Below, piece by piece: positions 37,671-46,719 of a stretch of DNA of 64,000 nucleotides; positions within the stretch are counted from its first letter, which is position 1; each line of letters begins with the position of its first letter. Under the pieces are notes generated by a model, which did not search any database, had not been told where the DNA came from, and saw nothing but the letters and a program-made list of their open reading frames with translations. Made by a program: the position numbers and the translations under genes. The DNA is from Clostridia bacterium (lineage in GTDB: Bacteria > Bacillota > Clostridia > Christensenellales > CAG-138), in assembly GCA_030527115.1 (NCBI GenBank), contig JAUNBM010000002.1, forward strand, positions 4,285-68,284. The letters are read 5' to 3'.

Positions 37671-38231
37671 ATGCGGGCGTCGACAATAATCACGATAGCC
37701 CTGCTGGTCGCTTTTATCGTCGTGGGCATAGTTTTCCGCCCATCGGCAATGGATGCGGACGCGGAGACGGAAACCTGGTTCGACATTGACGAGCTTATGC
37801 AACAAATCGACGGGAGCGCATATGACTACATGGACGGCGGGCTGTATTCGGACGGGGAAGGCTTTGGCCAGCTTAACGTTGAGACGACGCCGGAGGGAGG
37901 CGTGGAGAGCCTCACGCTGTCGTTGCGAATCGGTCGCAAGCCCGATGGCGGCAACAGCCAGATAGCCCTCGAGCTTCAGGCGGAGTACGAGAGGGAGCTG
38001 GCGCAGTTATACGGTTCACTCCAGCTCGTATATGATACGATCGCCGCGGACAGCGCCACGGGGATGAAGAGCGTAAGCTCGGTGGCAAACTCCATAATCG
38101 ACAATCTCGATACGGGCTATTATACGGACTGGCAATGGAAGTATTATGTTCTTCGGGCGAGTAGCCGGAAGCTAACGTCGGGCAAGTATTCGGTAACGCT
38201 GACGATGGAGCTGATGGATCTGAACACATAG
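37671..38231 (+). CDS. N-terminally membrane-anchored hypothetical protein
   Basis: One TM segment (IITIALLVAFIVVGIVF), then an acidic soluble domain. No recognisable motifs and a weak RBS. Confidence 0.45.
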   Translation: MRASTIITIALLVAFIVVGIVFRPSAMDADAETETWFDIDELMQQIDGSAYDYMDGGLYSDGEGFGQLNVETTPEGGVESLTLSLRIGRKPDGGNSQIALELQAEYERELAQLYGSLQLVYDTIAADSATGMKSVSSVANSIIDNLDTGYYTDWQWKYYVLRASSRKLTSGKYSVTLTMELMDLNT

Positions 38232-38233
38232 GT

Positions 38234-39271
38234 TCAGCCGTCCTCTTTGGGCTTGCGTTCCAAGGCCTTCCCCTTCACTATCAAAGCGAACAGCAGAGCA
38301 AAGCTCAAGCTTACGACCGAGCAGAACAGAATTCCGGCCGTGGTGATGGCGTTTGTCAGCTCGCGCTTTCCGATGGACAGGGCGAGGGCGATCTCTCGGG
38401 GAACGAGCAGGGGCGCGATCAAATAGCAAACCAGCCCAGCGCATAAGCCCATCGCAAATTTCACGCCGAGATAGCGCAGAGGATTGGCAAGCTTCAAAAA
38501 GCATAGCGATTGGAGCGCGATCGAAAACCCGCCGAAGGCGGTAAAGAAGGCGGAGAAGGCAAGCTGAAAGCGCAGATTCAAGCCGGTTTCAAGGAGCATC
38601 CTGCAACCGTAGGTCAGCTCGATACAGCCCCCTATGAGCGCGCGGGCAAGGGGCGAGGACAGGCTCGTTACGGTGAAAAGGCATTCGGATACGACCGCGC
38701 AGATCGCGATACAGCCGCCGACCTTTAAAAGTGAGAGCATCGCTTCGGCGATCGAGGCGGCAAAGGCTTCGGGAACGGGCAACAGTCCGGTTCGGCTTAG
38801 CGGGCGGCTCACGGGCAGTTTGAGCAGGGCGGAAAAGATGGCGATGGTCAAAACGTGGGAGACAAAGAGCGGCAAAAACACGCTCTTGTTTTTATAAAGG
38901 CCAAGTGATAGAATTGTCATGATAAAAACAGGACTGCATAGATTAGTGATATACGACATGGTTTGAGCTTCTTTGCGGTTCAGCGCGCTGCGTTCGACAC
39001 AGCTCCCCAGGAGCCTGGCTCCGCCGGGATAGCCCGCAAGCGCGCCGAACAGAAAGACGGGAAGCAGGCGCAGGCGCTCCCGCCTGTAAAACAGGCTCAA
39101 AAAGCCGAGCCTTTCCAGCATGCCACAGCAGATGAAGAAAGGCAGCAGGGCGGGAAAAACCTGCTCCCACCAAAGCCCGATTCCAACCTTAGCCCCGTTG
39201 AGCGCGGCGGAAGGGAAAAGGAGCAGGCAAAGGCAGAGCAGGGATGTTAAAACGAGCGCTAAGCGTTTCAT
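38234..39271 (-). CDS. Sporulation integral membrane protein YlbJ-like (nucleoside-recognition/gate-domain family)
   Basis: Polytopic protein beginning MKRLALVLTSLL...NGAKVGIGLWWEQVFPALLPFFI, like YlbJ. GGAGG RBS before the ATG at 39271. Confidence 0.65.
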   Translation of the reverse strand: MKRLALVLTSLLCLCLLLFPSAALNGAKVGIGLWWEQVFPALLPFFICCGMLERLGFLSLFYRRERLRLLPVFLFGALAGYPGGARLLGSCVERSALNRKEAQTMSYITNLCSPVFIMTILSLGLYKNKSVFLPLFVSHVLTIAIFSALLKLPVSRPLSRTGLLPVPEAFAASIAEAMLSLLKVGGCIAICAVVSECLFTVTSLSSPLARALIGGCIELTYGCRMLLETGLNLRFQLAFSAFFTAFGGFSIALQSLCFLKLANPLRYLGVKFAMGLCAGLVCYLIAPLLVPREIALALSIGKRELTNAITTAGILFCSVVSLSFALLFALIVKGKALERKPKEDG

Positions 39272-39325
39272 AGAGCCTCCGGGTCGTACTATCAAACATT
39301 ATACAAAAAGGGGTAGTTTTATTCG

Positions 39326-40144
39326 ATGAAGGAAAGAAAGAAGGTAGGTCTGGCTTTGGGTTCGGGCGGCGCGCGAGGGTTTTCGCACCTCGGCGTTTTG
39401 CAAGTGCTTGAGGAGAACAACATACCGATAGATATGATAGCGGGTTGCAGTATCGGCGCGATAGCGGGGGCGATATACAGCGTCGGCACGGATCTGAGGC
39501 TTCTAAGCAAGTTTATAGCGGCGATGGACGCCAAGAGCTTTATGGATATAACCTTGCCTACTCAGGGCGGAATCTTGCAGGGAAACCGGTTTGAGGAGGT
39601 GGTGCGGATACTCACGCACGACAAGAGCTTTTCGGAGACGCGGATTCCCTTCTTTTGCACGGCTACCGATCTGGAATCGGGAACGCTGACGGTCTTTTTC
39701 GAGGGCAAGTTGCACAGGGCGGTTCGCGCCAGTATGTGCGTTCCCGGCGTGTTCGTGCCGGTGGAGATAAACGGCAAGCTCTATGCCGACGGCGGGATAT
39801 TGGAAACCGTTCCCGCAACGGTGTTGAGACAGCAGGGCATGGATATAGTCATCGGGGTCGATCTGTCGGATAAGCGCAACCGGCTTCACGAGGGAGGAAA
39901 GGTCAACGCCTACCATACGCTGATGCGCACCTTTGATATCATGCAGGCGGAGATAAGCCGGCTCAAAAAACCTAACGTGGACGTTCTGATAAAGCCCTCG
40001 GCGGCGTTTATGTCGATGCTTTCCAATGTTGGAACGGACGCTTGCGTTGAGGAGGGCCGACGGGCGGCGCAGGAGGCGCTTCCGATGATTATGGACTTAG
40101 TGCAGGGTCAAATCGAGGGAGCGACCGTCCCTGAACTCGCTTAG
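39326..40144 (+). CDS. Patatin-like phospholipase
   Basis: LALGSGGARG (oxyanion GGxR/K), the GCSIG nucleophile (GxSxG), and DGG near the catalytic Asp. Confidence 0.85.
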   Translation: MKERKKVGLALGSGGARGFSHLGVLQVLEENNIPIDMIAGCSIGAIAGAIYSVGTDLRLLSKFIAAMDAKSFMDITLPTQGGILQGNRFEEVVRILTHDKSFSETRIPFFCTATDLESGTLTVFFEGKLHRAVRASMCVPGVFVPVEINGKLYADGGILETVPATVLRQQGMDIVIGVDLSDKRNRLHEGGKVNAYHTLMRTFDIMQAEISRLKKPNVDVLIKPSAAFMSMLSNVGTDACVEEGRRAAQEALPMIMDLVQGQIEGATVPELA

Positions 40145-40872
40145 CGAATAAAGGAAGAATAGGCGTCGCACAGGACAATCTCATCCCCCCGCTCATAATA
40201 GGAGTGGTGGGATTTTTCCAATATGCGGCAGTCGAAATGCGGATTGGAGCGGACGATATCTGCGGCTTCGGGCGCGACAAGCTCATCCAAGGCGGACTGA
40301 AAGGCGAGGGCGGGAACGGCCGCTTTTTTTAACAGCTTCCTTGTCCTCGAAATCTGAAAAAACAGCTCCATATAGCGGGGGATGAAGCCTATTAACTTCC
40401 ACTTGTTTTTTTCGGGGGCAAGGCTGTAAGAGGCGTTAGCCGGAGCGGGATTATCGGGGCTCATCTTGCCCATAAACAGCTTCAGCCCCTTAAAGATGGT
40501 GGACGGATTACAGCGTATCTTCAGCGGGACGGCAAGGAGAAAGAGCTTTTTAACCCTGTCCGGGCGCTTTACTGCCTCCTCGATGGCAAACAAGGTTCCC
40601 ATCGAGTGCCCGACGATGATGATGTTCGGATAGCGTTGGCAGAGCGAGGCTATCAGCTCGGAGACCTGAGCCTTCCATTGCTTCATGGAGGAACGGCAAA
40701 AGTCGGCTACGGAGCCGCCGTGCCCTCCGAGCAGGAGGTTATAGATGGAATAGCTATCGGGAGTTCGCGGAATAAAGCGCAAAAAATGGTCGGGCGAGCC
40801 CATAATGCCGTGGATGAAAACCACGGCGGTATCGCTTTTTTCTATTTCTCTGATGAATTCTTCGTGCGGCAT
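40141..40872 (-). CDS. Alpha/beta hydrolase (carboxylesterase/lysophospholipase-like)
   Basis: VVFIHGIMGSP and the nucleophile elbow GHSMG. Confidence 0.75.
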   Translation of the reverse strand: MPHEEFIREIEKSDTAVVFIHGIMGSPDHFLRFIPRTPDSYSIYNLLLGGHGGSVADFCRSSMKQWKAQVSELIASLCQRYPNIIIVGHSMGTLFAIEEAVKRPDRVKKLFLLAVPLKIRCNPSTIFKGLKLFMGKMSPDNPAPANASYSLAPEKNKWKLIGFIPRYMELFFQISRTRKLLKKAAVPALAFQSALDELVAPEAADIVRSNPHFDCRILEKSHHSYYERGDEIVLCDAYSSFIR

Positions 40873-40920
40873 CGCGCCTCCTTGAAACGCTATCTATTAT
40901 GCGTCGTGGGCAAAAAACTA

Positions 40921-42120
40921 TTACAGCGTAATTGCCGACTGGTTATCCCGGTGCAGTTCCTTTTTCAGCGCGTAGGCGATAACGTCGGTGGAGAAAGCGT
41001 CGATGCGCAGGGACTCCTGCGCCGCCGCCGAGCAGGAGAGTACGTCGGCGTTGCGCATGATAATCGGCGTCCTTGAGAGGCTGACGATGGCGGACAGCAG
41101 GGAGCGGGCGGAGCGGCGCAGGCCCAAGATGCGCAGATAATGGTTCTCGGGAAGGCGCATCCGTTCGCCAAGCTCGCGGTTTATGCCCAAGAGGGCGCTC
41201 ATGCCGATGCGCTTGCACCGCGCCAGCGTATAGCGCTTGCTCTTGACCGCCGCAAAGAAGCTCTCGGCGTCGCAACAACTGCGGGCGCAACGCAAAAACA
41301 CCTGCTCCAAGCCCTCGCCCATATCCGGAAGCTCTAAAAGCTCCTCGACGCTCATCGAACGAAGCTTGTAGAGCATCATGGCTCCGATATCGTTTAGGGA
41401 GATTGGGAACTGCGGGTCGAACTGCAAAGCGCCGCTGACAAAGAGGGGCAGGGCGGAGATCACGCGGGGGTCGCCGTTGGAGAAGGCGGAGCGAATGGCG
41501 GTCGCGCTGGAGATTTCGCCGGTCAGCGCGGTTTCGTTATAGGCGTTCTGAATCCTCTCGATAGGGCAGGGCGCGATATCCTGGGCAAAGAGATTGAGAC
41601 AGCGCAGATATTCTATCGCCAAAATGTTGTTCGGTTTGGCAAGCTCCTTTAAAAGGACGGGATTCAGCCCCATCTCCGCAAGCGCGTCATAGCGGGCGCG
41701 GGGGTAGGACTTGCCCTGCTTTTGATGGATGGCAAGGGTTTGACGGAACGCGGGAGTTTCATCCGCCAAGATGTCGGAAAGCCGGTAGAGAGCGTCGAGG
41801 TCGGACTGCTCACAGCCGAAAGCGAGATCGGTTACTATTCCGGTTTCGGCAAGCAGGCTGATAGCGCCCTCGGCAAAGCGTTCCGCGCTCGCGTTGGCAA
41901 AGACCGCGGGCAACTCGATAACGAGATCCGCGCCCGCCTGCAGAGCCCATTCCGCACGGGTGAACTTATCGGTGCAGGCGGGTTCTCCGCGCTGGACAAA
42001 GTTGCCCGACATGACGACTATGCAGTAGGCCGCTCCGGTGCGGCGCTTAGCCTCCTCCAAATGATAGATATGCCCGTTGTGAAGCGGATTGTACTCCGCA
42101 ACTATTCCGACTACTCGCAT
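40921..42120 (-). CDS. tmcAL: tRNA(Met) cytidine acetate ligase (YlbM/UPF0348 nucleotidyltransferase)
   Basis: VGIVAEYNPLHNGHIYHL and MSGNFVQRGEPA are signatures of the family. ATG at 42118-42120 follows GGGGT by 8 nt. Confidence 0.8.
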   Translation of the reverse strand: MRVVGIVAEYNPLHNGHIYHLEEAKRRTGAAYCIVVMSGNFVQRGEPACTDKFTRAEWALQAGADLVIELPAVFANASAERFAEGAISLLAETGIVTDLAFGCEQSDLDALYRLSDILADETPAFRQTLAIHQKQGKSYPRARYDALAEMGLNPVLLKELAKPNNILAIEYLRCLNLFAQDIAPCPIERIQNAYNETALTGEISSATAIRSAFSNGDPRVISALPLFVSGALQFDPQFPISLNDIGAMMLYKLRSMSVEELLELPDMGEGLEQVFLRCARSCCDAESFFAAVKSKRYTLARCKRIGMSALLGINRELGERMRLPENHYLRILGLRRSARSLLSAIVSLSRTPIIMRNADVLSCSAAAQESLRIDAFSTDVIAYALKKELHRDNQSAITL

Positions 42121-42213
42121 TTTCAATTACCCCAACTTTTTCTTGCTTACAGTATACCATTTTTCGACGCGTTGTGGTAGAATATAGAGTAATTTTTTGT
42201 GGAGGGTTAGAAA

Positions 42214-43212
42214 ATGGCATTGATGGATCTGTTTTTTGACAAGGCGAGGGCGGATAAGAAGCATATTCTGCTTCCCGAGGGCGCGGAGCCGCGCACGGTT
42301 ACTGCCGCGGAGCGAATAGTGCGCGAGGGGATAGCCGAGGTCACGCTGTTCGGCAATATTGAAGAAATCCGGCAGGTCGCCGCCGAAAGGGGTGTCTGTC
42401 TCGACGGAATCGCCCTTATCGACCCCGAAGCCCATCCCGACTATGAGCGCTATACCGATATGTTCTATGAGTTGCGCAAGGAGAAGGGCGTTACGCCGGA
42501 GAAGGCGGCGGAAACCATGAAGAATCCGCTGTTCTTCGCCGCGATGATGATAAAGGACGGCAAGGCGGACGGCTTTGTGTCCGGCGCTATCAACACCACG
42601 GGCAATACGTTGCGGCCGGGACTGCAGATAATTAAGATGCAGAAGGGCATAAGCACGGTTTCGAGCTTCTTCATCATGGACATTCCAAACAAGGCGTATG
42701 GGGACGAGGGCGTGATGATATTTGCAGACTGCGCGGTGAATATCGACCCGACCGCCGAGCAGCTTGCCGAGATAGCCGTTTCGTCCGCGAAGTCAGCCAA
42801 AGCGCTCTGCGGCATGGAGCCGCGGGTTGCGATGCTCTCCTTCTCAACCAAGGGAAGCGCCAAGCACGAGAATGTGGATAAGGTTCAAAAGGCGACCGAG
42901 CTGGTTAAAAAGCTTGCTCCCGAGCTGGACGTCGACGGAGAGTTGCAGGCGGATGCGGCGCTGGTGGAGAGCGTTGGACGGCTCAAATCGCCCAACAGCT
43001 CCGTGGCGGGCAAGGCCAACGTTTTGATCTTCCCCGATTTGCAGTCGGGCAACATAGGCTACAAGCTCGTTCAAAGGCTGGGCGGCGCTGAGGCGATAGG
43101 CCCCATCTGCCAGGGCTTTGCCGCGCCGATCAACGATCTAAGCCGCGGTTGCAGCGTTGAGGATATAGTCGCGGTGGTCGCTATCACCGCAGTACAGGCG
43201 CAGAACAGATAA
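42214..43212 (+). CDS. pta: Phosphate acetyltransferase
   Basis: [28 protein letters not shown] and [10 protein letters not shown] motifs. Confidence 0.9.
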   Translation: MALMDLFFDKARADKKHILLPEGAEPRTVTAAERIVREGIAEVTLFGNIEEIRQVAAERGVCLDGIALIDPEAHPDYERYTDMFYELRKEKGVTPEKAAETMKNPLFFAAMMIKDGKADGFVSGAINTTGNTLRPGLQIIKMQKGISTVSSFFIMDIPNKAYGDEGVMIFADCAVNIDPTAEQLAEIAVSSAKSAKALCGMEPRVAMLSFSTKGSAKHENVDKVQKATELVKKLAPELDVDGELQADAALVESVGRLKSPNSSVAGKANVLIFPDLQSGNIGYKLVQRLGGAEAIGPICQGFAAPINDLSRGCSVEDIVAVVAITAVQAQNR

Positions 43213-43223
43213 GGAGAAAAAAG

Positions 43224-44420
43224 ATGAAAAGTGTATTGGTTATCAATGCGGGAAGTTCCTCGCTCAAGTATCAGCTCATAGACATAGAGGACAAAAAGGT
43301 TATCGCCAAGGGACTTTGCGAGCGCATAGGCATCGCGGATTCGCTGATGAGCTATAAGCCCCACGACGGCGACAAGGTTGAGATTAAGCGCGACATGAAG
43401 AACCACGAGGAGGCGATAGCGCTGGTTCTGGATACGCTCGTGGATGCAAAGATAGGCGTTATTCCCGACATGAGCGGCATAGCCGCCGTAGGCCATCGGG
43501 TGGTTCACGGGGGCGAGAAGTTTGCCGATTCCGTTTTGATAGACGACGGCGTTATCGAGGCGATTCGGGAGTGCATCCCGCTGGGGCCCCTGCACAATCC
43601 CGCCAACCTGATGGGAATAGAGGGTTGCCGCGCTGTTATGCCCGACGTGCCGATGGTTGCGGTTTTCGACACGGCTTTCGGTCAGTCGATGGAGCCGAAA
43701 ACCTATATGTACGGGCTTCCCTATGAGGCGTATGAGAAATACGGCATACGCCGCTATGGTTTCCACGGAACCTCGCACCGCTATGTTACGGGCCGCGCGC
43801 TTGCGCTCTTGAACAAGCCGGACGCAAAGGTGATAAGCTGTCATCTCGGCAACGGTTCGAGCGTCAGTTGCTCCATAGGAGGCCGCTGTGTGGATACTTC
43901 GATGGGACTCACCCCGCTGGAGGGGCTTCCGATGGGAACCCGTTGCGGAAGCATCGACCCCGCCATAGTACCCTATCTGATGGATAGGGCGGGCATGAGC
44001 GCCAAGGAGGTTGACGCCTATATGAACAAAAAGAGCGGAATGCTCGGCATATCGGGCGTATCGAGCGATTTCCGCGATCTTTGGGCGGCGGCAAACGAGG
44101 GGGTCGAGCGCGCTAAGCTGGCGCTTTCGATGTTCGCGCTTGCGGTAAAGAAGTATATCGGGGCCTATGCCGCCGAGATGAACGGAGTGGACGCGATAGT
44201 GTTCACCGCCGGGGTCGGGGAGAACGACAGGGGAGTGCGCGAGCTGGTGCTGAAAGGTTTGGACTATCTCGGTGCTGAAGCGGATTTTGAATACAATCTC
44301 AGCTGTCCGCGCGGCGTGGAGACGGATATATCCCAAAACCACAGCAAGGTCAAGATCTTTGTGATACCGACCGACGAGGAAATGGCAATCGCGAATGATA
44401 CGGCGGCTCTGGCTCTCTAA
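43224..44420 (+). CDS. ackA: Acetate kinase
   Basis: VLVINAGSSSLKYQL, GHRVVHGG, FDTAFGQ and HLGNGSS motifs. Confidence 0.95.
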   Translation: MKSVLVINAGSSSLKYQLIDIEDKKVIAKGLCERIGIADSLMSYKPHDGDKVEIKRDMKNHEEAIALVLDTLVDAKIGVIPDMSGIAAVGHRVVHGGEKFADSVLIDDGVIEAIRECIPLGPLHNPANLMGIEGCRAVMPDVPMVAVFDTAFGQSMEPKTYMYGLPYEAYEKYGIRRYGFHGTSHRYVTGRALALLNKPDAKVISCHLGNGSSVSCSIGGRCVDTSMGLTPLEGLPMGTRCGSIDPAIVPYLMDRAGMSAKEVDAYMNKKSGMLGISGVSSDFRDLWAAANEGVERAKLALSMFALAVKKYIGAYAAEMNGVDAIVFTAGVGENDRGVRELVLKGLDYLGAEADFEYNLSCPRGVETDISQNHSKVKIFVIPTDEEMAIANDTAALAL

Positions 44421-46044
44421 ATCCGAATACGGTGAAAGACTTATAGGGGGCTTTTCGCCCCTTATTTCGCGCCTTTTGAATCAGCGCGGGATAAGGGATG
44501 AAATCGACTGCTACGCCTTCTTCCATCCAAAGGAGCAGGCGCTGGTCTCCCCCTTCATCCTGCCGGACATGGAAAAGGCGGCGCTTAGGATCGAGCGGGC
44601 GATAAGGGAGCGGGAGACAATCTGCGTTTACGGCGACTACGATGCGGACGGGACGCTGGCGACCGCGATACTGGTCGATTGTTTAAAGGCGCTCGGAGGC
44701 GATGTTGTCTACTATATCCCCTCGCGGCATTTCGAGGGCTACGGAATGAACCTCCGGTCGGTCGCGGCGATGAAGGAGCGGGGAATAGGGCTCGTTGTAA
44801 CCGTTGACAACGGAATTTCGGCGTTCGAGGAGATTCGCGCCTGCTACGAGGCGGGCATGGAGGTCGTGATTACCGATCATCACAAGTGCCACGAGACCCT
44901 GCCCGAATGCGAGGCGGTGGTTTGCGTTTCACGCGAGGGTTATCATCGGGAACGAACCAATCTCTGCGGCGCGGGAGTGGCTTATAAGCTCGCCTGGGCG
45001 CTGATGGGGGAGGCGGAGGCGACGCGGCGGTATCTTGGGCTTGCCGCGCTCGCAACGGTTGCCGATGTGATGCCACTAACGGGTGAAAACCGAACGATAG
45101 TGGTCAGGGGAATGGAGTTAATCCGCGAGAATACCGGCCTGAACGCGCTGTTGAGGGCGGCGGGCGGCGAGGCGGAGAGCATTGACGAGAATACGCTCGC
45201 CTTTGTGCTTGCTCCGAGGCTCAACGCGGCAGGCAGGATGGGCGACGCGGCTCGGGCGGTGGAACTGCTTTTGTGCCGCGATGATCAAAGAGCGGAGGAG
45301 CTGGCGGGCGAGCTGGACGAGGCGAACCGCGCCCGCCGCGAGGAGGAACAGCGCGTCCTGCTCGATTGCGAGCGGCTTTTGGAGGGCGAGAAAGAGCCCT
45401 CTGCGCTGGTGCTTTTGGGCGACGATTGGAACAGCGGGGTTGTCGGGATAGTCGCTTCGAGGCTCGTGGAGCGTTTCGGCTGTCCTGCAATCCTGTTGAC
45501 GAGGGCGCATGACGGCTCCCTGTGCGGCTCCGGAAGAAGCGTCGAGGGGGTGGATCTGTTTGGGATGTTGCAGGCCTGCTCCGAATATCTTACCCGCTTC
45601 GGCGGGCATGCGCAGGCGGCGGGGCTCAACCTTGAGAGAAGGAGCTATGAGGGGTTCAAGAAGGCTTTTGTTGAGCGCATCGAACAGGCAAAGCCCGCTT
45701 CGGTCGTATACTACGACGCCGAGATAAGCCTTTCGGACTGCGAGCCGCAGATATGCGAACGAATCGAGAGCTTCGCCCCGTTTGGGGAGGGGAATGAGCG
45801 TCCGGTATTCAGGCTCGACGGCTGTACTTTGGAACAGATAGCCGTGATGGGGAAGGACGGGAAGCATCTTTCCGCCGTGGTTCGGCAGGGGAGCGAAGCC
45901 AAGCGGTTGGTGGCGTTTAATCTGGGGCAGTTGGCGGAGGAGTGGCGGCGCGAGCCGCATTGCGATCTGCTGTTTGAATTGAGGGAAAACCGGTACAGGG
46001 GCAGGATTTCCTGCGATTTGCATTATATTGCGAGAAAAACCTAA
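44395..46044 (+). CDS. recJ: Single-stranded-DNA-specific exonuclease RecJ (short form)
   Basis: DHH-family motifs GDYDADGT, TVDNG and ITDHH, plus the DHHA1 motif GGHAQAAG. The start overlaps the ackA end by 26 nt and is uncertain. Confidence 0.85.
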   Translation: MIRRLWLSKSEYGERLIGGFSPLISRLLNQRGIRDEIDCYAFFHPKEQALVSPFILPDMEKAALRIERAIRERETICVYGDYDADGTLATAILVDCLKALGGDVVYYIPSRHFEGYGMNLRSVAAMKERGIGLVVTVDNGISAFEEIRACYEAGMEVVITDHHKCHETLPECEAVVCVSREGYHRERTNLCGAGVAYKLAWALMGEAEATRRYLGLAALATVADVMPLTGENRTIVVRGMELIRENTGLNALLRAAGGEAESIDENTLAFVLAPRLNAAGRMGDAARAVELLLCRDDQRAEELAGELDEANRARREEEQRVLLDCERLLEGEKEPSALVLLGDDWNSGVVGIVASRLVERFGCPAILLTRAHDGSLCGSGRSVEGVDLFGMLQACSEYLTRFGGHAQAAGLNLERRSYEGFKKAFVERIEQAKPASVVYYDAEISLSDCEPQICERIESFAPFGEGNERPVFRLDGCTLEQIAVMGKDGKHLSAVVRQGSEAKRLVAFNLGQLAEEWRREPHCDLLFELRENRYRGRISCDLHYIARKT

Positions 46045-46124
46045 AAAAAGGGATGCAATTTTTCGCGCAATCATGTATAATAAATTGTACGCCTATGAGG
46101 CGAATGTTTAAGGAGGAAACAGGC

Positions 46125-46646
46125 ATGGATTTTGAGAGCAAAATTCGCAATATACCCAACTTTCCAAAGGAGGGCATACTGTTTCGGGATATCACGACGC
46201 TGATTAAGGACAAGGAAGCTTACGTCGCATTGATAGATACGATTAGCGAGTCCTTGAGGGATAAGAATATAGATATAGTAATAGGGCCCGAGGCGCGAGG
46301 CTTCGTTATGGGCTCCGCGGTGGCGTATGCCATAGGCGCGGGCTTTGTTATGGCGAGAAAGCCGGGCAAGCTCCCGTGGAAAACGAAGCGCATCGAATAC
46401 GGGCTGGAATACGGCAACGATGTATTGGAGGTTCATGAGGACGCCATCGTGCCGGGACAGCGCGTTGCGCTCGTCGACGATCTGCTTGCCACCGGCGGCA
46501 CGGCTATGGCCGTGATAAAGCTCTGTGAGCAGATGGGCGGCGAGGTCGTTGCGGCGCGATTTGCGATAGAGCTGAGCGATCTTAGGGGCAGGGATTTGCT
46601 GACAGACTACGACGTGGAATCCGTGATGGCCTTTTTGGGCGAATAA
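46125..46646 (+). CDS. apt: Adenine phosphoribosyltransferase
   Basis: IRNIPNFPKEGILFRDIT and the PRPP motif VALVDDLLATGGT. ATG at 46125 behind AAGGAGG. Confidence 0.9.
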   Translation: MDFESKIRNIPNFPKEGILFRDITTLIKDKEAYVALIDTISESLRDKNIDIVIGPEARGFVMGSAVAYAIGAGFVMARKPGKLPWKTKRIEYGLEYGNDVLEVHEDAIVPGQRVALVDDLLATGGTAMAVIKLCEQMGGEVVAARFAIELSDLRGRDLLTDYDVESVMAFLGE

Positions 46647-46662
46647 GCGTCTCTGTTTTTCA

Positions 46663-46690
46663 ATCAACGGGCTTGCCCGTTGATTTTATC
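46663..46690 (+). terminator. Intrinsic terminator after apt
   Basis: 9-bp stem ATCAACGGG/CCCGTTGAT with loop CTTG, followed by TTTATCGTT. Confidence 0.55.
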
Positions 46691-46719
46691 GTTATCGGAT
46701 TTGATTTCGGAGAGGACGA